A stretch of DNA of 63,270 nucleotides, the filler included, from Octopus bimaculoides (Eukaryota): the NCBI RefSeq assembly GCF_001194135.2. It is 10 parts of 9 records of this genome, joined end to end, with 100 filler letters (N's around TTAATTAATTAA, not from the genome) between each part and the next. Parts side by side here need not be neighbours in the genome. Positions count along the whole stretch, not along the records: positions 61,775 to 63,270 come from NW_026432007.1; 9 more parts are not named here. The stretch is one strand, 5' to 3'. Position numbers and translations under genes: made by a program. The first letter of the stretch is position 1; each line of letters begins with the position of its first letter. The notes under the pieces were generated by a model. It was not told the DNA's origin and ran no database searches. It was given only the letters and a program-made list of their open reading frames with translations. Shown piece after piece: positions 63,040 through 63,270 of the stretch.

Positions 63040-63270
63040 TCTATCCATAAAATATATTTCCAACTTTACCTTGCTCTCTTTATCTTTTTATTTTTATATA
63101 TTTACATATACACACGCTAATACACGACTTATAATCCCCAATCCTGTTCATACAACGACTGGGGTAGAACTAGTCAGTATACAGCACTTACTCGGTATTA
63201 CATGTATTTTTTTGTGGTTTGGTAAATCCAATACCCTCCTCAACCTTGTATATATATATATATATATATA

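Overview
Repeat-dominated, AT-rich animal genomic DNA with many N gaps. The SINE and microsatellite content resembles a cephalopod (octopus-like) genome; this is an inference, not a database result. I could not support any host protein-coding gene, rRNA, true tRNA or CRISPR array, and most listed ORFs are microsatellite or N-gap artefacts. Transposon content: several Tc1/mariner-superfamily remnants (one nearly intact DD34D transposase at 42.3-43.3 kb), RTE-type LINE fragments, a 2.0-kb internally deleted Ty3/gypsy element with LTRs, PBS, PPT and 5-bp TSD, Penelope-like element (PLE) RT and GIY-YIG fragments, many tRNA-derived SINEs and several foldback/MITE-like elements. The main hidden signal is about ten type-I hammerhead-ribozyme-like motifs in short repeats, most ending at (TA)n tracts. 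Several have a 60-105 nt elongated stem II, two lie directly downstream of PLE GIY-YIG fragments, and one sits in the loop of a foldback element. Nine 100-bp gaps contain a TTAATTAATTAA linker, so adjacency across them is not guaranteed. All alignments and folds were done by eye; many boundaries are approximate.
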